In this document: piece after piece, positions 48,326-61,697 of the stretch
Position numbering within the stretch: position 1 is the stretch's first letter
Layout of the letters: every line of letters starts with the position of its first letter
Source: Curvularia clavata
Taxonomy: Eukaryota
Assembly (NCBI GenBank): GCA_023920165.1
Contig: CP089274.1
Span: 4,464,001-4,528,000, forward strand
DNA length: 64,000 nucleotides
Direction of reading: 5' to 3'
Program-made: the position numbers and the translations under genes
Notes under the pieces: generated by a model
What the model was told of the DNA's origin: nothing
The model's input: only the letters and a program-made list of their open reading frames with translations
The model's database searches: none

Positions 48326-49745
48326 ATGGCTTTCGGTGCGTCTGACGATGGCGTCTTCTTCAACAGCTGGCAATTATGGCAAAAGATGACTTTTGTGAGT
48401 GACCCAACCTGCCTCAGCTGGTTGTTTACTAACATACTCCCCAAGGTCCTCGCATGCGGAATTGTCCTGACTATCCTCATTGGCCTCATCAAGGTCGCCT
48501 TTGACAAAAACAAGCTCCGCAAGTACAGCAAGGTCGACAAGGGCAAGCGTGCACAATCGCCTGAGATGCTTGAGGCCCAGCCTGTAACCCAAATCCGCGA
48601 AGAGCCCAAGGACGAAATCCCATTCGGCATTCGTGCCATCCAGAGCGGTATCGAAGTCGACGGCGTTTGGATTTCTCGAACCAACACCCCCGTTGGCAGC
48701 AGCCGGGCTTCCATCACAAGCGAGAAGCTGCCTCGCAGCTTCAACAACTCTCAGCTCGAGCTTCCCCAGCCAGTCGTCCATGGCTCCAGCCGCAACAGCT
48801 CGCGCGCGCCCAGCTCTTTTGACCGTGCCGTCTCCGCCGAACCCCTGCCCAGCACCGACTCTCGCTCTTCATCGCCTGCTCGAGGACCCGCCCAAGAGGT
48901 GCCGCGCTGCAGCAACTGCAACCACCGTGTCTCCCGCTCTGGTCATCCTTGTGGTACACCTTCTCCAAGTAGGTACTCGTGCATATCCATGTGTGACCAC
49001 AGCTAATCGTCTCTCAGCCCGTGTCAGTCCTGTCAGCCAAGGCGAACCGTCTTCCAAGTCCAGCAACCGCTCTAGCAATGAATCCGACTACATGGCCCTG
49101 AACCAGGACGTTCGCGCATACGAGACTGCATATCTTCCACCCCACGGCGCTCAAAGAACCATTGACCCCAAGACAGACCTTGAGCTCCTCCGAAGCCACC
49201 GCCTCTCTCACGTCGCCGAGACCGGACAGCTTACACCTAGGGTCCGCAAGCCAGGCCACAGCGGAGAATGGGCAAGCGTTGCAGACAACCAAGTCGGTAC
49301 CCTCAATGGCGTTAACTACTTCATGCCTCAAAAGGCGCCTTCTCCTCCGCTGCCTGTCCGTAACCCATCCGAAGAAAACGTAGCCGTTTCTGCTGGTCCC
49401 AGCCGTGATAGTCATGCAGCGAACCATGCTAGGCAGGCTGTTCCTCTGACCGAGTCCTACGCACCTAACGCCCCATACTACCCTGACACATACCAACCTC
49501 ACGGCCCAAGCCATCAATACAGCTACGACCAGGTTCCATATGAGGTCACCACAATGCAAAACCAGGATCGCAATGACCAGGTCCTTCGCAAGGTCAACTC
49601 AGGATTCGAGATCCTGCGACCGGGCACCTTTAAGGAGCCTACACCCGAAGAGGTTGAGCTCGCCGAGCGAACAACAAAGAAGCTCCAAAAGAAGCGGAGA
49701 ACATCGAGTGCCTCACGCAAATCCGCCTTTGTCGAGCAAGTCTAA
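48326..49745 (+). CDS. Conserved fungal hypothetical protein with one N-terminal TM helix and a long Ser/Pro-rich tail
   Basis: W..WQKMTF|VLACGIVLTILIGLIK transmembrane segment and IPFGIRAIQSGIEVDGVWIS motif. Introns ~48395-48446 and ~48970-49017 link the two ORFs. Confidence 0.8.
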
Positions 49746-52700
49746 TTCCTAATGCCCCACCCTCTACCCGGCGTAATATTTTTTGTACATGTCGCGGCCA
49801 CGCTACCTGCAGACACCACTATCTGCACTGAGAATCTCATGTCGTTTTTCTAATCATGTATAATGTGGCACACCTGCAGACCTTTTTTTTTCTGGGAAGC
49901 CCATTGCGTCTATTTGGAGAGAAGTTGTAGATGATACCGTCATAGCTTCTCACACTTTTCCTTGTCCTTTTTTTTTTCTACATCGCAACTGGTTGCTCGG
50001 CACCATGGATTTTGCGAGCGGCGTCATAAGTAATCATTTATGCGTCCACATATACTCTGGCGTTATAGGATCAACAAAAAATCGGGGCGTCTAACTTTAA
50101 CGATTATCGTATTTTACATCGATGTGGCTGGAGGCACAGTCTCATTTAGCATAGCCCATAGTAGAATCATGAATTTTTTTCCTCTCTCTTTCTCTCTTTC
50201 TCTTTTTCTGACCAATTAAAATGATGGCTTCTGGTTCTGGACCTTGGATATATTAAGTTTGTCATTTGAGTTGTTACTTGGGTATCTGTCAGTGCGTGGA
50301 TTCATTTGTTGCGCAAATTACAGCTGAAGCCTCAATTACCTCGGTCATTTACGACGAGGTGCTTGCGAAATAAGGGAAACAAAAAAAGAAGGCGGATAAA
50401 CACAGCCACAAACACCTTGTTACGGCTTGGGCATGGGTTACACAGCGTAAAACACGAGTAGGTCACCATAGTGAAAAACATGACCATATATCACATGATA
50501 TCACACAACATATATTCTGACGTTTTTCTCTCTTCATGCGTGTCCACGCCAATCTCTGCGTACCGCGCCGCTAGAGTTTTCAAACTGTTTTGTAGGGGAA
50601 AAAAAGAGGGATTAGGGCAAATAGCTCAGTGTACCCTTTTCCAACATGAGAGAGCTGGGAAATGGAAAATTGCGGGTTTCCCTCTACAACTGTTTTCATC
50701 TCTACTTCCGCTCTGGGAAAGCGAGTAAACACAAACAAAGAACGAGGCGTAGCAAGACTCCGCGCCAAACTGTCCAATAGTAAAAGGAGGTAGGTGGTAT
50801 ACAGCTGCAGGGTAAGCCACACGATGGATAGACTGGAGTGGGTGGCCGGTATGAATCGCCCAGCCCAGCCCAGCCCCTTGGATCTACTGTCTTGCTTTTG
50901 TCCCGGCACTTGGGTGGATTTGCTTTGCTTTTTGTGTCTTGCTGGTCAACAGTGTGGTAAGCCGGGGTGCTGGGTGTATATGGGAGAGGGGAAAGGGGAG
51001 GGGGCGAGAAGAAGGGGAGCAAGATCGGTACTTGATTTTGGTACAAGGAAGGGGATTAGTTGGATAGGAAGAAAATAGATGAGAGAATTCGCTGATCCAT
51101 TTCGCTATTTGTTTGCTTCGGATGTTTTCACAAGGCATACATGCAACTGTTTTTCGCAAGGCAAAGAACACATGCTTGCTATAGAACTGGGAGCATACGT
51201 TATGTGGCTGAGCGTGTTTTGAAGTTTGGAGTTTGTGGTTTGCAGTCTTGGGCGGAAAAAGGAAGGATTTGACATGAAAAAGAAAGGACTGACAAGGAAG
51301 GAAAGCTATATCTTACGATCTTGGGATTGGTTAGAAGCATTATTTAGTTAAAGCCAGATTTCTGGGTACACTTGCTCTCTTAGGGGAGTTGCTTAGCAAC
51401 GGACAGATGCTCGACGAAAGCCAGCGCCTTTCCGTATACGTGAGCTGTATCCTTACTTTGTTTATCCTCGTTGCTACAGAGAAGAAAACCTGTTCTACGG
51501 CTCTCTTTCCCTCTTATGTGACACATCTGCAGTCTCACAGCACGCAGTTCAACAGCACTGACTACGAACACATTGAAAAGTACATACACACATTCTCTGT
51601 TGTTCATTCTTCCAGTTGTTGTTTTCTATCCACTATAATTAATCCGAAACACGTACGGTACCTTACCCCCACGCACAAAGCGCGGACAGCACACAAGCGT
51701 ATACCGGCAATTTATTCTCCCGTCCTTCGTCGTTTGATATACCAACGTCGAAAAAAAGACTCTCCTTTTCGTCCTTCGAGTCCTTTTGGGGGAGGACGCG
51801 TCGCGGGCACTTGCTGCGCCAAAAGCAAAATCTGAGCAGCGCGAAGGGCAAAACAGGTTTATGGGATGGAAAAGAGAAATGAGCCGGAAACCGGGTAAGC
51901 GTTTGGTTCATGTGCCGAGATAAGGCCTTAGGCTTTTTTAACTGAAGCGGATGTTGCTCTAGACGAATTTAACTTGTTGTTTTAAACAACATTTGCTGGG
52001 TTGAATCCGAGAAAAGGATCTGTAGTCTTCTCCTGAGCTGTGGCCAGTTCTTTTAGTGGCTGACGGGACCAGCCGTGATGATGATGATGGAGTTGGTGTG
52101 TGCTTAAATGAGAGGTTAGCTATATTACACCCAAGACAATGCTCGCTCGTATTGCTATGCGCAAAGGGATATTAAGCAGATTAACCGAAATTTCAAGTCA
52201 GGTAAGGTAGTGATTTGAGGAGCTTGTTTATCGGCGCCAATTTTTAATTTTTTTGTGTATTTGAAAATTTAACTTCAGGGCTCTTTGCGCATAATAATGT
52301 CTGAGAATGGCCAGTAAACAATGCATGTACACATGTGAATGTATAGCTGCATAGGCGCATGATCATACCCAGTGATTGGCTGATTTTTCACTTCGATGCC
52401 TGCATAATGTATGCCATACTCTGAACCATCAAAATGCATAGTAACGTGTGTATATTTGGTTTTAGTGAATTTAGTTGAGGCCTATGACTTGCACTCTCGT
52501 CTGTGAATGGCGCTGCAACCCCTGGCTATTCAATATGGTGCATATGGATGCATTGTCGCACTTCTGTCTTTATCGTCATTGATTGGGTCGCCATCCCCTT
52601 CCAGCTCGGTATTGGCAACAGTTGCTTTTTATTTACCGTGTATGCATGATTGGCCATGAAGATGCCTGGTCCGCCTGGCACACATTCATGCACTCTACAA

Positions 52701-53337
52701 ACTCAATTTATTGGGTAAGAAAATTCCTGGAGTTTCGCGAGGTCTTGCATAGCGTAGCTGATTCATATCATCGGTATTCGCCGAGTGCTAGAAATGTGCA
52801 CCTTCTCGTGAGGCTTTCCCCTTTGACAGCCATCAGTAAGCCGTCTACGTAGTGACTTGGTATATTATTGCTATAGTATTTACACGATATCAAGTAAGCA
52901 GCAGATGTAATATATACACAACGGGGTTTTACCCTCCATATGCCACCACGAAATGCTTGTGTGGTCCAGATAATTATACAAACACTGACACTAGAGGTTC
53001 TTGTAAAGCCATAACCAAAGTCTATTAGTCCAAACACGGTGATGCAAATCATGCTTTTCAAGAAGTCATCAAACTGAACTTCAAATACCTCTCGTTCAGT
53101 ACACAAGCTTCAGCTTGGTTCTCTCATTTTCCAGTATTTGTGTGTCTGGTCGAGCAAGATTGTCGGAAATAGAATGGCCATCACAATTCTTCAGCTCCGA
53201 AGTCAGCGAAGTTTGCCAGCTTAAGAAATTACATCATGTTCTCGGGACCAGACGGAGTATAAGCAAGACTGGCTGCTTGAGGCATCCCACTAAATAGTAT
53301 CAGTCTTTGATTCTGAGAACGGTGCATTAGGAGCGAC

Positions 53338-55669
53338 TCATCCATACCTTTCAGGCGTCTGACCAACCCTCTCATCCACGCTACCGCTAAGATCCCACCA
53401 GTTGCCTTGCCAGTTCCGTGCAACAAATTCATTTTCTAGGGCCCTGAACAATCCAAGAGATTGGAAGTCGCTCTCAGTGTCCGGAAGATAAGTAGGAACG
53501 GAGAAGTTCGACATGTCGAAGTCGGGTAATTCAGTAGCCACGAGATTCTGCACAGTGTCGAAACTTGTTGGCATTAGGTTGAGTCCTTGAGTGCCAGTAT
53601 ATCCCACTCTGTTTGTTAGGCTTGGGGTCATCTCCTTGCGCCTCTCATCTTGCAAGGTCCGCGATACCCTGTTCAAAGCATCAATGGTTTTTGCAAAAGG
53701 TATCATGTCCCGCCGTTGTGCGCATGCCTTGTTCACCGCAACGCCAATACTCTCGAGGGTTTGTATGTCACCCTCGCAGTCTTCCGGGTTGTAAGAAGCA
53801 AGTATGTGTTCGTACAACGTGAAGACCACACAGAAAGGGTACAATGAAATGAAACTTGATGGCAATTAGTCGCTTCTTCCAATAAATGCTACGAGCTTTG
53901 TAGCTATGCGAGGTTTGGACTAAAGGCCTAGATTGTTTGACTTACTGATCGGTAATGCTCCTGGACTTTGCATTCATGGTGGTGTCTTTGTGGAAGTCGA
54001 GGATCATATTAGAGACTTTTCGAGCAGCCCGAACGGCAAATGGACTTGGTTTGACAGTGGTCGCAGAATGGCTCCGTGCAGCTGTTTGTACCAGCCTCTG
54101 TATTCCAATGATATAAGTGTAAATGTTCACTAAGCCTGTGTCAGCGTATGGTACCACGCAGCCAACCTCTCTACATACTGATGTGATCAGCAATTATGTA
54201 TCGATGCTCATTGGGAACGTCTTGGTCATTCATGAGTTGCTCAAACCTCCATTCAGCTAAGAGCTTTTCAAGTTGTATGCAGCACTCGTCAGCTTTCTGG
54301 GAGAGATCATCCACCTGGCCATGACATGCGTGATTGTCGATATAACTGATCACTTCCTCGACTAGTAGGGTATATCGCACCCACACGACGGCAATTGTGA
54401 TGCTCATGGCGGATGGGTGCATATTGTCGTGACGAAACATGAGCGGTGGCCGGACCTTACCAGGCGCCCATCTAATGACCCTTGGTTTTCCGTAAAACAA
54501 GCGAAACGAGAGGTCGATACACAAAGCATGCCAGTAAAGGTAACGTTGAGCGTCTCTTTCGTCTTCCTCAGCGAAAGTTTTTGCTGGTGTACTGTCTACC
54601 TGGTCTTTGCCTTTCGATATAAGATATCTAGACAGCTTGCAGTGAAATTTCCAAGAGAGTTGATAATCGTGCATCGTGGTAGATGTCCAAGAAGAGAGTG
54701 CGGCTGTTTGGGCATCTAAGATGGTCTCGGTTGAAGACTCAAGCCATGCTGGTACATTCTCGAGCATCTTCATATAGGCTTTCGTGGTCAAATCGCCTCC
54801 TGGGCCGTCACTCTCTCGCAGCCCGTAATATATGGCGTTGTAGCTTTGTTGATGGAACACGGGGTCAGCATCGAGTTCACAAAGCGCATACATACAGGGA
54901 CACTTACTACAGGACGCGCATTCCGGGGTCTATGTTAACATAAGGAGAGTTTATGACGTCGGGGAGCGCCCTCAAAACATTCATATCAATCATAGCACTC
55001 AAAAAGGCATCTGGCACGACCATTGCGTGCATCAAGTTGTTGAATCTGTCTATGCACGCTCGCGATTCTGCGGGCGAGAGTTCAAAGTCAAGAGCTGTAT
55101 TACGCACTCTGATTCTTCCAAGGTCTTCGAGAGCTTCATTGAGTGATAACATGGCACTGTTGATGCTCGGTGCTGGTGTATCCACCGGAGTCGCCTGGTT
55201 TTGGAAACTCCGGCGCGTATCAGTAGCAAGTTGGTAAATCTAGTACCGTCAGCTACCACGATATCGCTACACAGTTTTGTTGAAGCCTATTACCCAAGAT
55301 TCCTGACCATCTGCTTCAATCAAGGGGGCTTCAGGAGATGCCACAGGTGTGTGTCTTGGCATAGCTTCCCCTGCTGGTGTTGGGAGAGATTTCGAGGACG
55401 AACTATCATCGCCTGTTCCACTGACATGCTTCTCGAGTTGCTCAAGCCGTTGGCTCAGGTGCTGCATGACAGTTTTCTGTTGTGCAAAGCGAGGCCTCTG
55501 ACGACGCTCCACATACTGACATTCTGCCGAAGCAACCACACAGTGATTGCATACGGGCTCTGCTCTGTCGCATTTAATTTTCTTGCGCTTGCAGCGTAGA
55601 CACTTGGTGGCGTGTTAGTGAGGTTACAACTCATGACCCACATGCACGTACGGCAAGCTTCATCGTCAT
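53338..55669 (-). CDS. Zn(II)2Cys6 transcription factor with a fungal TF middle-homology region
   Basis: Micro-exon MTMKLA (55669-55652), intron 55651-55603, then CLRCKRKKIKCDRAEPVCNHCVVASAEC. Later exons include RYLYWHALCIDLSFRLFYGKP and YPFCVVFTLYEHIL. Confidence 0.88.
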
Positions 55670-56255
55670 AGCTTGATAGGAGCAATTACTGCAGATGTTT
55701 CGCTCGGGATTCGGGGGTGGACATTGAATTTCACGCGTGCTCGTATCTTTTCCGAGTGCTTCGGACTCGGAAATGCATTTTGATGCGAGGGAGTGGCGTG
55801 GATGTTTGGGTCGATGGAGCTCAAGGGGGCTAGCTTCGCGAGCCCGGACAACGCTGTGTCCGAATGTCCGGCTGACAGTGGCTTGACAGCGGCTTGACCT
55901 ATGGCATCCGGCCCACCTAATCCTCACCAACTCTAGGCTGACCACAAGAACGCAGGTGCCAATGTTGTTTTTAGTCAGCCATGGCGGAGTGACATTTGGT
56001 ATGGACTTTCGGGGCTTGGCACAGCGAACACAGCCAAGCTTACGCCTTGCGCGCCTGTTGTCATGGCAGAGTTGCACGTTCCAATGTCGCCATCTAGATA
56101 TCTGCCTGAACAGATGGCCGTGAACTGGCGGTACAAAGGGCTGCTCAGTCCCTTCCAACCTTCGATCATTTCCACATCAGAAGCTCTCGATTTCCACGAA
56201 ACTTAAGTATCACGGGTTCATCAGTGCTGGTCGGCGTTGGAATTTATCACCAAAA

Positions 56256-59200
56256 ATGTCAGCCGGGTTAGGCTTCACAGAAGCAGAGAAAATTCTCGAA
56301 GACGATACCACTGCCTGCTCGAGGCCGGAGTCAGCATCTGCTTTCCAACACACCAAGAAAGAGCTTGGGAACAATGTTCATGTCGAGACAGAACAGGATC
56401 GCGAAGTTCATGAGCTCGTTCGCAAATTTACAGCACAATCAGAGCAACACAACATAAGAGCATCACCCTTCTCCGAAGATATCAACCCCCAGCTTGATCC
56501 CAGAAGTGAACAGTTCCGTGCGAAAGACTGGGCTCGGGCATTCTATAACCTGCGCTATAGTAGCGAGGAGGCAACCCCTCGCGTTGCAGGGGTTGCCTTT
56601 AGAGGTCTCAATGTATGGGGCAAGGGATCTCCAACAGACTTCCAGTCCACAGTGGGTAATATGGTACTGAAGCTGCCCTCTTTATTTGGCAAAGGTACCA
56701 GAAAGATTGAGATTTTGCGTGACCTTGATGGGTTATTATTACCCGGAGAACAGCTGTGTGTTCTTGGCCCTCCAGGGTAAGTTGAACTCAGATATCCACA
56801 TATGAGTCGCCGCTAACATGTTCTAGATCTGGGTGTTCTACGTTGCTCAAGACGATTGCAGGCGAGACCCATGGGTTTCAGGTCAGCCCTGATTCATATC
56901 TTAACTACCAGGGCATCCCAGCCAAGGAGATGAACAGTAGTTTCCGAGGAGAGGCCATATACACAGCTGAGGTCGATGCCCATTTTCCCCAGCTTAGTGT
57001 CGGTGATACTCTCTACTTCGCTGCTCTTGCCCGCGCGCCACGCCGCATTCCGGGTGGTGTTAGCAGGGAACGCTATGCTGAGCATCTTCGCGATGTAGGT
57101 GGTTTCCTTAGGAGACGAGAAATTTTGTACTGATTTTCCCAAGGTTGTGATGGCCATGTACGGCATCTCGCACACAATAAATACCCGTGTCGGTAACGAC
57201 TTTGTGCGAGGTGTCAGCGGCGGCGAACGGAAGCGAGTGACAATTGCTGAGGCTTCTCTCAGCTTCGCACCTCTGCAGCTTTGGGACAACTCCACCCGCG
57301 GATTAGACTCTGCAAATGCTGTTGAGTTCTGCAAAACCCTCCGAACACAATGCGATGTGTTTGGTGCGTCCACTTGTGTCGCCATTTACCAGGCTCCACA
57401 AGCTGCGTATGAAGTATGTAGTTTGATGTTACCGTAAGAACAAGGCTGACTTTTGTAGCTCTTTGACAAAGTAACGGTACTGTATGAAGGACGACAGATC
57501 TATTTTGGCCCGGCCAATGAAGCACGCGCTTATTTCGAGCGCCTTGGCTTTGAATGTCCAGCGTCCCAGACCACCCCAGATTTCCTGACCTCGATGACGT
57601 CTCCGTCAGAACGCCGCATCAGAAGCGGTTTCGAGAACAAAACTCCGCGTACGTCGGATGACTTTGCGCGTTGCTGGAAGGAGAGCCCCGAAAGACAACG
57701 GTTGTTGAGCGCAATCGAAGATTACGAAAGAAGTTTCCCACTCCGAGGTGAACAGCTCAAAGCTTTCGCGCTATCAAGAACCCAAGAAAAGTCCAGCAAG
57801 CAGCGTCAGAAGTCTCCGTACACACTCTCTTACTGGGGACAGGTTCGTCTTTGCATGTGGAGAGATATTCAGAGATTAAGGAATGACCCAAGTGTCTCGT
57901 TGACGATGCTATGTGTAAACTTCCTCGAAGCACTTATTGTCTCTAGCATATTCTTCAACTTACCGCAGACCACTGCATCGTTCTTCAAGCGGGGAGGAGT
58001 CATCTTCATGGTCGTAAGTGTCCCTTTGCTCCTTTTTGGATGACTGAATTGCTTAACTCACGGTTTCAGATCTTATTGAACGCCTTCGGCAGTATGCTGG
58101 AGATCATGAATCTTTATGCGAAACGTACCATCGTCGAAAAGGTGAAATATGCCGGACCATGGATGGAAAATACAACAAGCTAACAACTGCACCAGCACAA
58201 CCGTTACGCATTGTATCACCCAAGTGCTGAAGCCTTAGCGTCAATGATTGTGGACATTCCATACAAAGTGCTCAACTGCATCTTCGTCACCACTACACTC
58301 TATTTTATGGCCAACCTGCGACGAGATGCCGGGTCGTTCTTCTTCTTCCTTCTAGTTGGATTTACTACTGGTCTATCTATGAGCATGTTCTTCCGGTTCA
58401 TCGCTTCCATAACCAAAACTCTGGCACAAGCATTAGCACCAGCCTCCGTCATCCTGCTCATGCTTGTTCTTTACACTGGCTTTCCGCTACCCGTTCCCTA
58501 CATGCGATCATGGGCAGGCTGGTTGCGGCACATCAATCCTGTATCATACGGGTTTTCGAGTGCGATGAGCAATGAGTTCAGTGGCCGGACTTTTGCCTGC
58601 TCGTCATTCATACCCTCTGGGCCATCCTATGAGAATGTCGCTCCAGAACAGCGAGCATGCGCTGTACAGGGCTCTCAACCAGGTAATGCCTTCGTCGGTG
58701 GTGCTGCATACGTCGAAACTGCATTTCAGTACAAGTACAGTCAGCGATGGAGAAACTATGGCATACTTGTGGTGCTCACATTCTTTCTCTTCGTCTGCCA
58801 TTTGGTAACGAGCGAGCTGGTTGCTTCGGAGCGCTCCAAGGGTGAGGTTTTGGTGTTCCGTCGCTCCAAAATGAAGAAGTTCAAGCATCAAGGCACGGAT
58901 GAAGAAGCGGGCGGAGCGACTGCACACGAGGGCGAGAAGATCAGTCGGCGGCCCAGCTCGGAGGTGGAAATTCCAAAGCAGGTCTCAATCTTCCACTGGG
59001 AAAAAGTCAATTACGAGGTACAAATCAAGGGTGAGACACGCAAGATCCTGGATGAGGTCGACGGATACATCAGGCCTGGCACTCTCACAGCACTCATGGT
59101 ATGTTCATCCTTATAAAATGTGAAGATCCGGCTGACCACTTCTTAGGGCGTATCAGGTGCAGGCAAGACTACCTTGCTCGATGTACTCGCTAGTCGAACG

Positions 59201-61088
59201 ACCATGGGTGTGATAGGTGGTGATATCTTCGTAGATGGTCGACGCCGAGACGAGTCTTTCCAGCGACAGACGGGCTATTGTATGCAACAAGACATTCATC
59301 TGGATACTTCGACTGTACGAGAGGCACTAGAGTTTTCCGCTTTACTGAGACAGCCACCGGAGTATGGACGCGAAGAGAGGCTGGCATATGTCGATCATGT
59401 CATCCGGCTGTTGGATATGGAGGAATATGCCGATGCGGTCGTTGGCGTCCCTGGATCAGGGCTCAATGTAGAGCGTGAGTGCCATAGCTCCTTGCTTTTT
59501 TATTTGACTAGGACATGCACTGACCCATACTAGAACGTAAACGCCTCACTATTGGAGTTGAGCTCGCTGCCCGTCCGAAGTTATTGCTCTTCCTTGATGA
59601 GCCTACATCTGGTCTTGATTCACAGACGTCATGGTCAATTTGCGATCTCATGGAGAAGCTGACGAGAGATGGCCAAGCAATTCTGTGCACTGTGCATCAA
59701 CCTTCATCCCTGCTCTTCCAGCGATTCGACCGCCTCCTTCTTCTTGCCAAAGGTGGACGTACAGTGTACTTCGGCGACGTTGGAACTGGCTCCAAAACAC
59801 TACTCGACTACTTCCATCGGAATGGTGCACCAGAATGTCCTTCCGGTGCCAATCCTGCTGAGTACATGCTTGAAGCCATTGGCGCGGCACCCGGAGCAAA
59901 AACAGAGATAGATTGGCCTTCTGTGTGGAAGAACAGCGAGGAGTACGAGCAAGTTCAGATGGAGTTGGCTAAACTGCGTCAGCTGGCCAATCAACCCTCT
60001 GCCATCATGGATGCCACTAACGGTAGCCACCGAACCTTTGCAGCATCTTTCAAAGACCAGCTTGGAGCAGTAGCCCTACGCTGTGCACAACAATATTGGA
60101 GAACGCCCTCTTACATCTACTCTAAAGCCATTCTGACTATTGGATGTTCAATTTTGATCGGCTTCTCCTACTTCGATAGCGAGAACACGATGCAAGGCCT
60201 TCAGAACCAGATGTTTGGCCTTTTCATCTTCCTCTTCGTGGTAAGTAACATCTACTCTATTCTTTTCCTCTGCCGCATACAAGCCGCGTACTAACTCTGA
60301 CGTAGGTCATTCAGCTCATTTACCAGATTCTGCCCATGTGGATCTCGCAACGCACTCTATATGAAGCACGAGAACGGCAATCGAAAACGTACGCGTGGCA
60401 AGCGTTTGTTCTGTCCAACATTGGCATTGAGCTAGCATGGAACGCTTTCATGGCCATCATCTGCTTCCTAGTCTGGTACTACCCAGCTGGTCTGTACCGG
60501 AACGCAGAGCCCACCGATTCCGTCAACATCCGCGGCTTCCACACCCTCCTCATTATTATAGCCACCTTTATCTTCGCAAGCACTCTTGCTCACCTCCTGA
60601 TCGCTGGATCCCCTAGCGAAGAAGTCGCCGGAGCCTATGCCACACTCTTATCCATTATGATGTATGCTTTCTGTGGCATCCTTGTTTCTCGCACTGAGCT
60701 CCCTGGCTTCTGGACATTCATGTACCGCGTCAATCCTTTCACGTACCTCGTCTCCAGCTTCATGGCTACAACACTCGGCAAGGCTTCTGTTCACTGCGCC
60801 GCTACGGAGTTTCAGACTTTTGTCCCACCACAAGGCCAGACGTGCGGCGAGTACATGGCCAATTATATTAGCATGGCTGGTGGTTATCTTCGCGATGCAA
60901 ATGCTACTCAAGAGTGTGGTTTCTGTCAGATGGATAGCACAGATCAGTTTCTGCAGCGGGTTCATGTTAATTGGAACACGCGCTGGAGGGACTTTGGTCT
61001 TCTTTGGGTGTATGTGGCGTTTAATATTGCGGCGGCAATTTTCCTTTACTGGCTCTGTCGTGTTCCAAAGGGCAGGAAGCGCCAGTAA
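56256..61088 (+). CDS. Full-size PDR-type (ABCG) multidrug ABC transporter
   Basis: NBD1 [22 protein letters not shown] and [12 protein letters not shown]2 [24 protein letters not shown] and [12 protein letters not shown]. Two TMDs and about eight introns. Confidence 0.95.
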
Positions 61089-61486
61089 GGGTTCTCTGCC
61101 AATGTGTGGCAAAATCAGATTTGGGCCTGAGGCTGTGGAAGTAGGCGTTGATTTTCAGCAAGATATATCTTTCTCAGCATAACTCCTCTATATAGAATAC
61201 TCTTGCTTAATAACTAAATTACTGTCGTGCACTCAAGGCACTAATGCACACTTTCTCTCCTGGTTCTGATGTGCTCGCTCGTTCATCTACAGCACATCCG
61301 GTTGTAGCCCTCACTATCCACTGTTTGATTGCATTCTCTATCGACCTCAGCTTCTGTCTTTCCCCAACTATTGCACAGCAGATTCTTATACATAGGGCAA
61401 TTTCACTATTTGTATTCATATATTCTATGCATGTAACGCTTGGTTTTTCTCTTAGAGAAAAAGGCTACACACATACAAACAACACA

Positions 61487-61526
61487 ATCTTCTCGCAGAC
61501 ATCTTCTCGCAGACATCTTCTCTGAC
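61487..61526. repeat. 14-bp tandem repeat (ATCTTCTCGCAGAC x ~2.7)
   Basis: Copies at 61487-61500 and 61501-61514, plus a partial copy from 61515. Confidence 0.8.
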
Positions 61527-61697
61527 CTCCTTTCTAAAAAATGCATCTGCCTGCTTTCCCCAAGAACAGGCAGCAATACGCCACGAACGCCAAGGCTAAA
61601 CTTCAACCATGCATCCCTGAACGAGCCCATGAATAAGTCAAAGTCAACGTCAAACAATCCGCCCTAATTTCTCCCTTCTTATTTTCAAGTCATTGGC

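Noticed and set aside
49800..53300. Long AT-richer intergenic tract with (GCCCA)n and (GAT)n microrepeats
   Set aside because: No gene, RNA motif or nested pairing that I could support.
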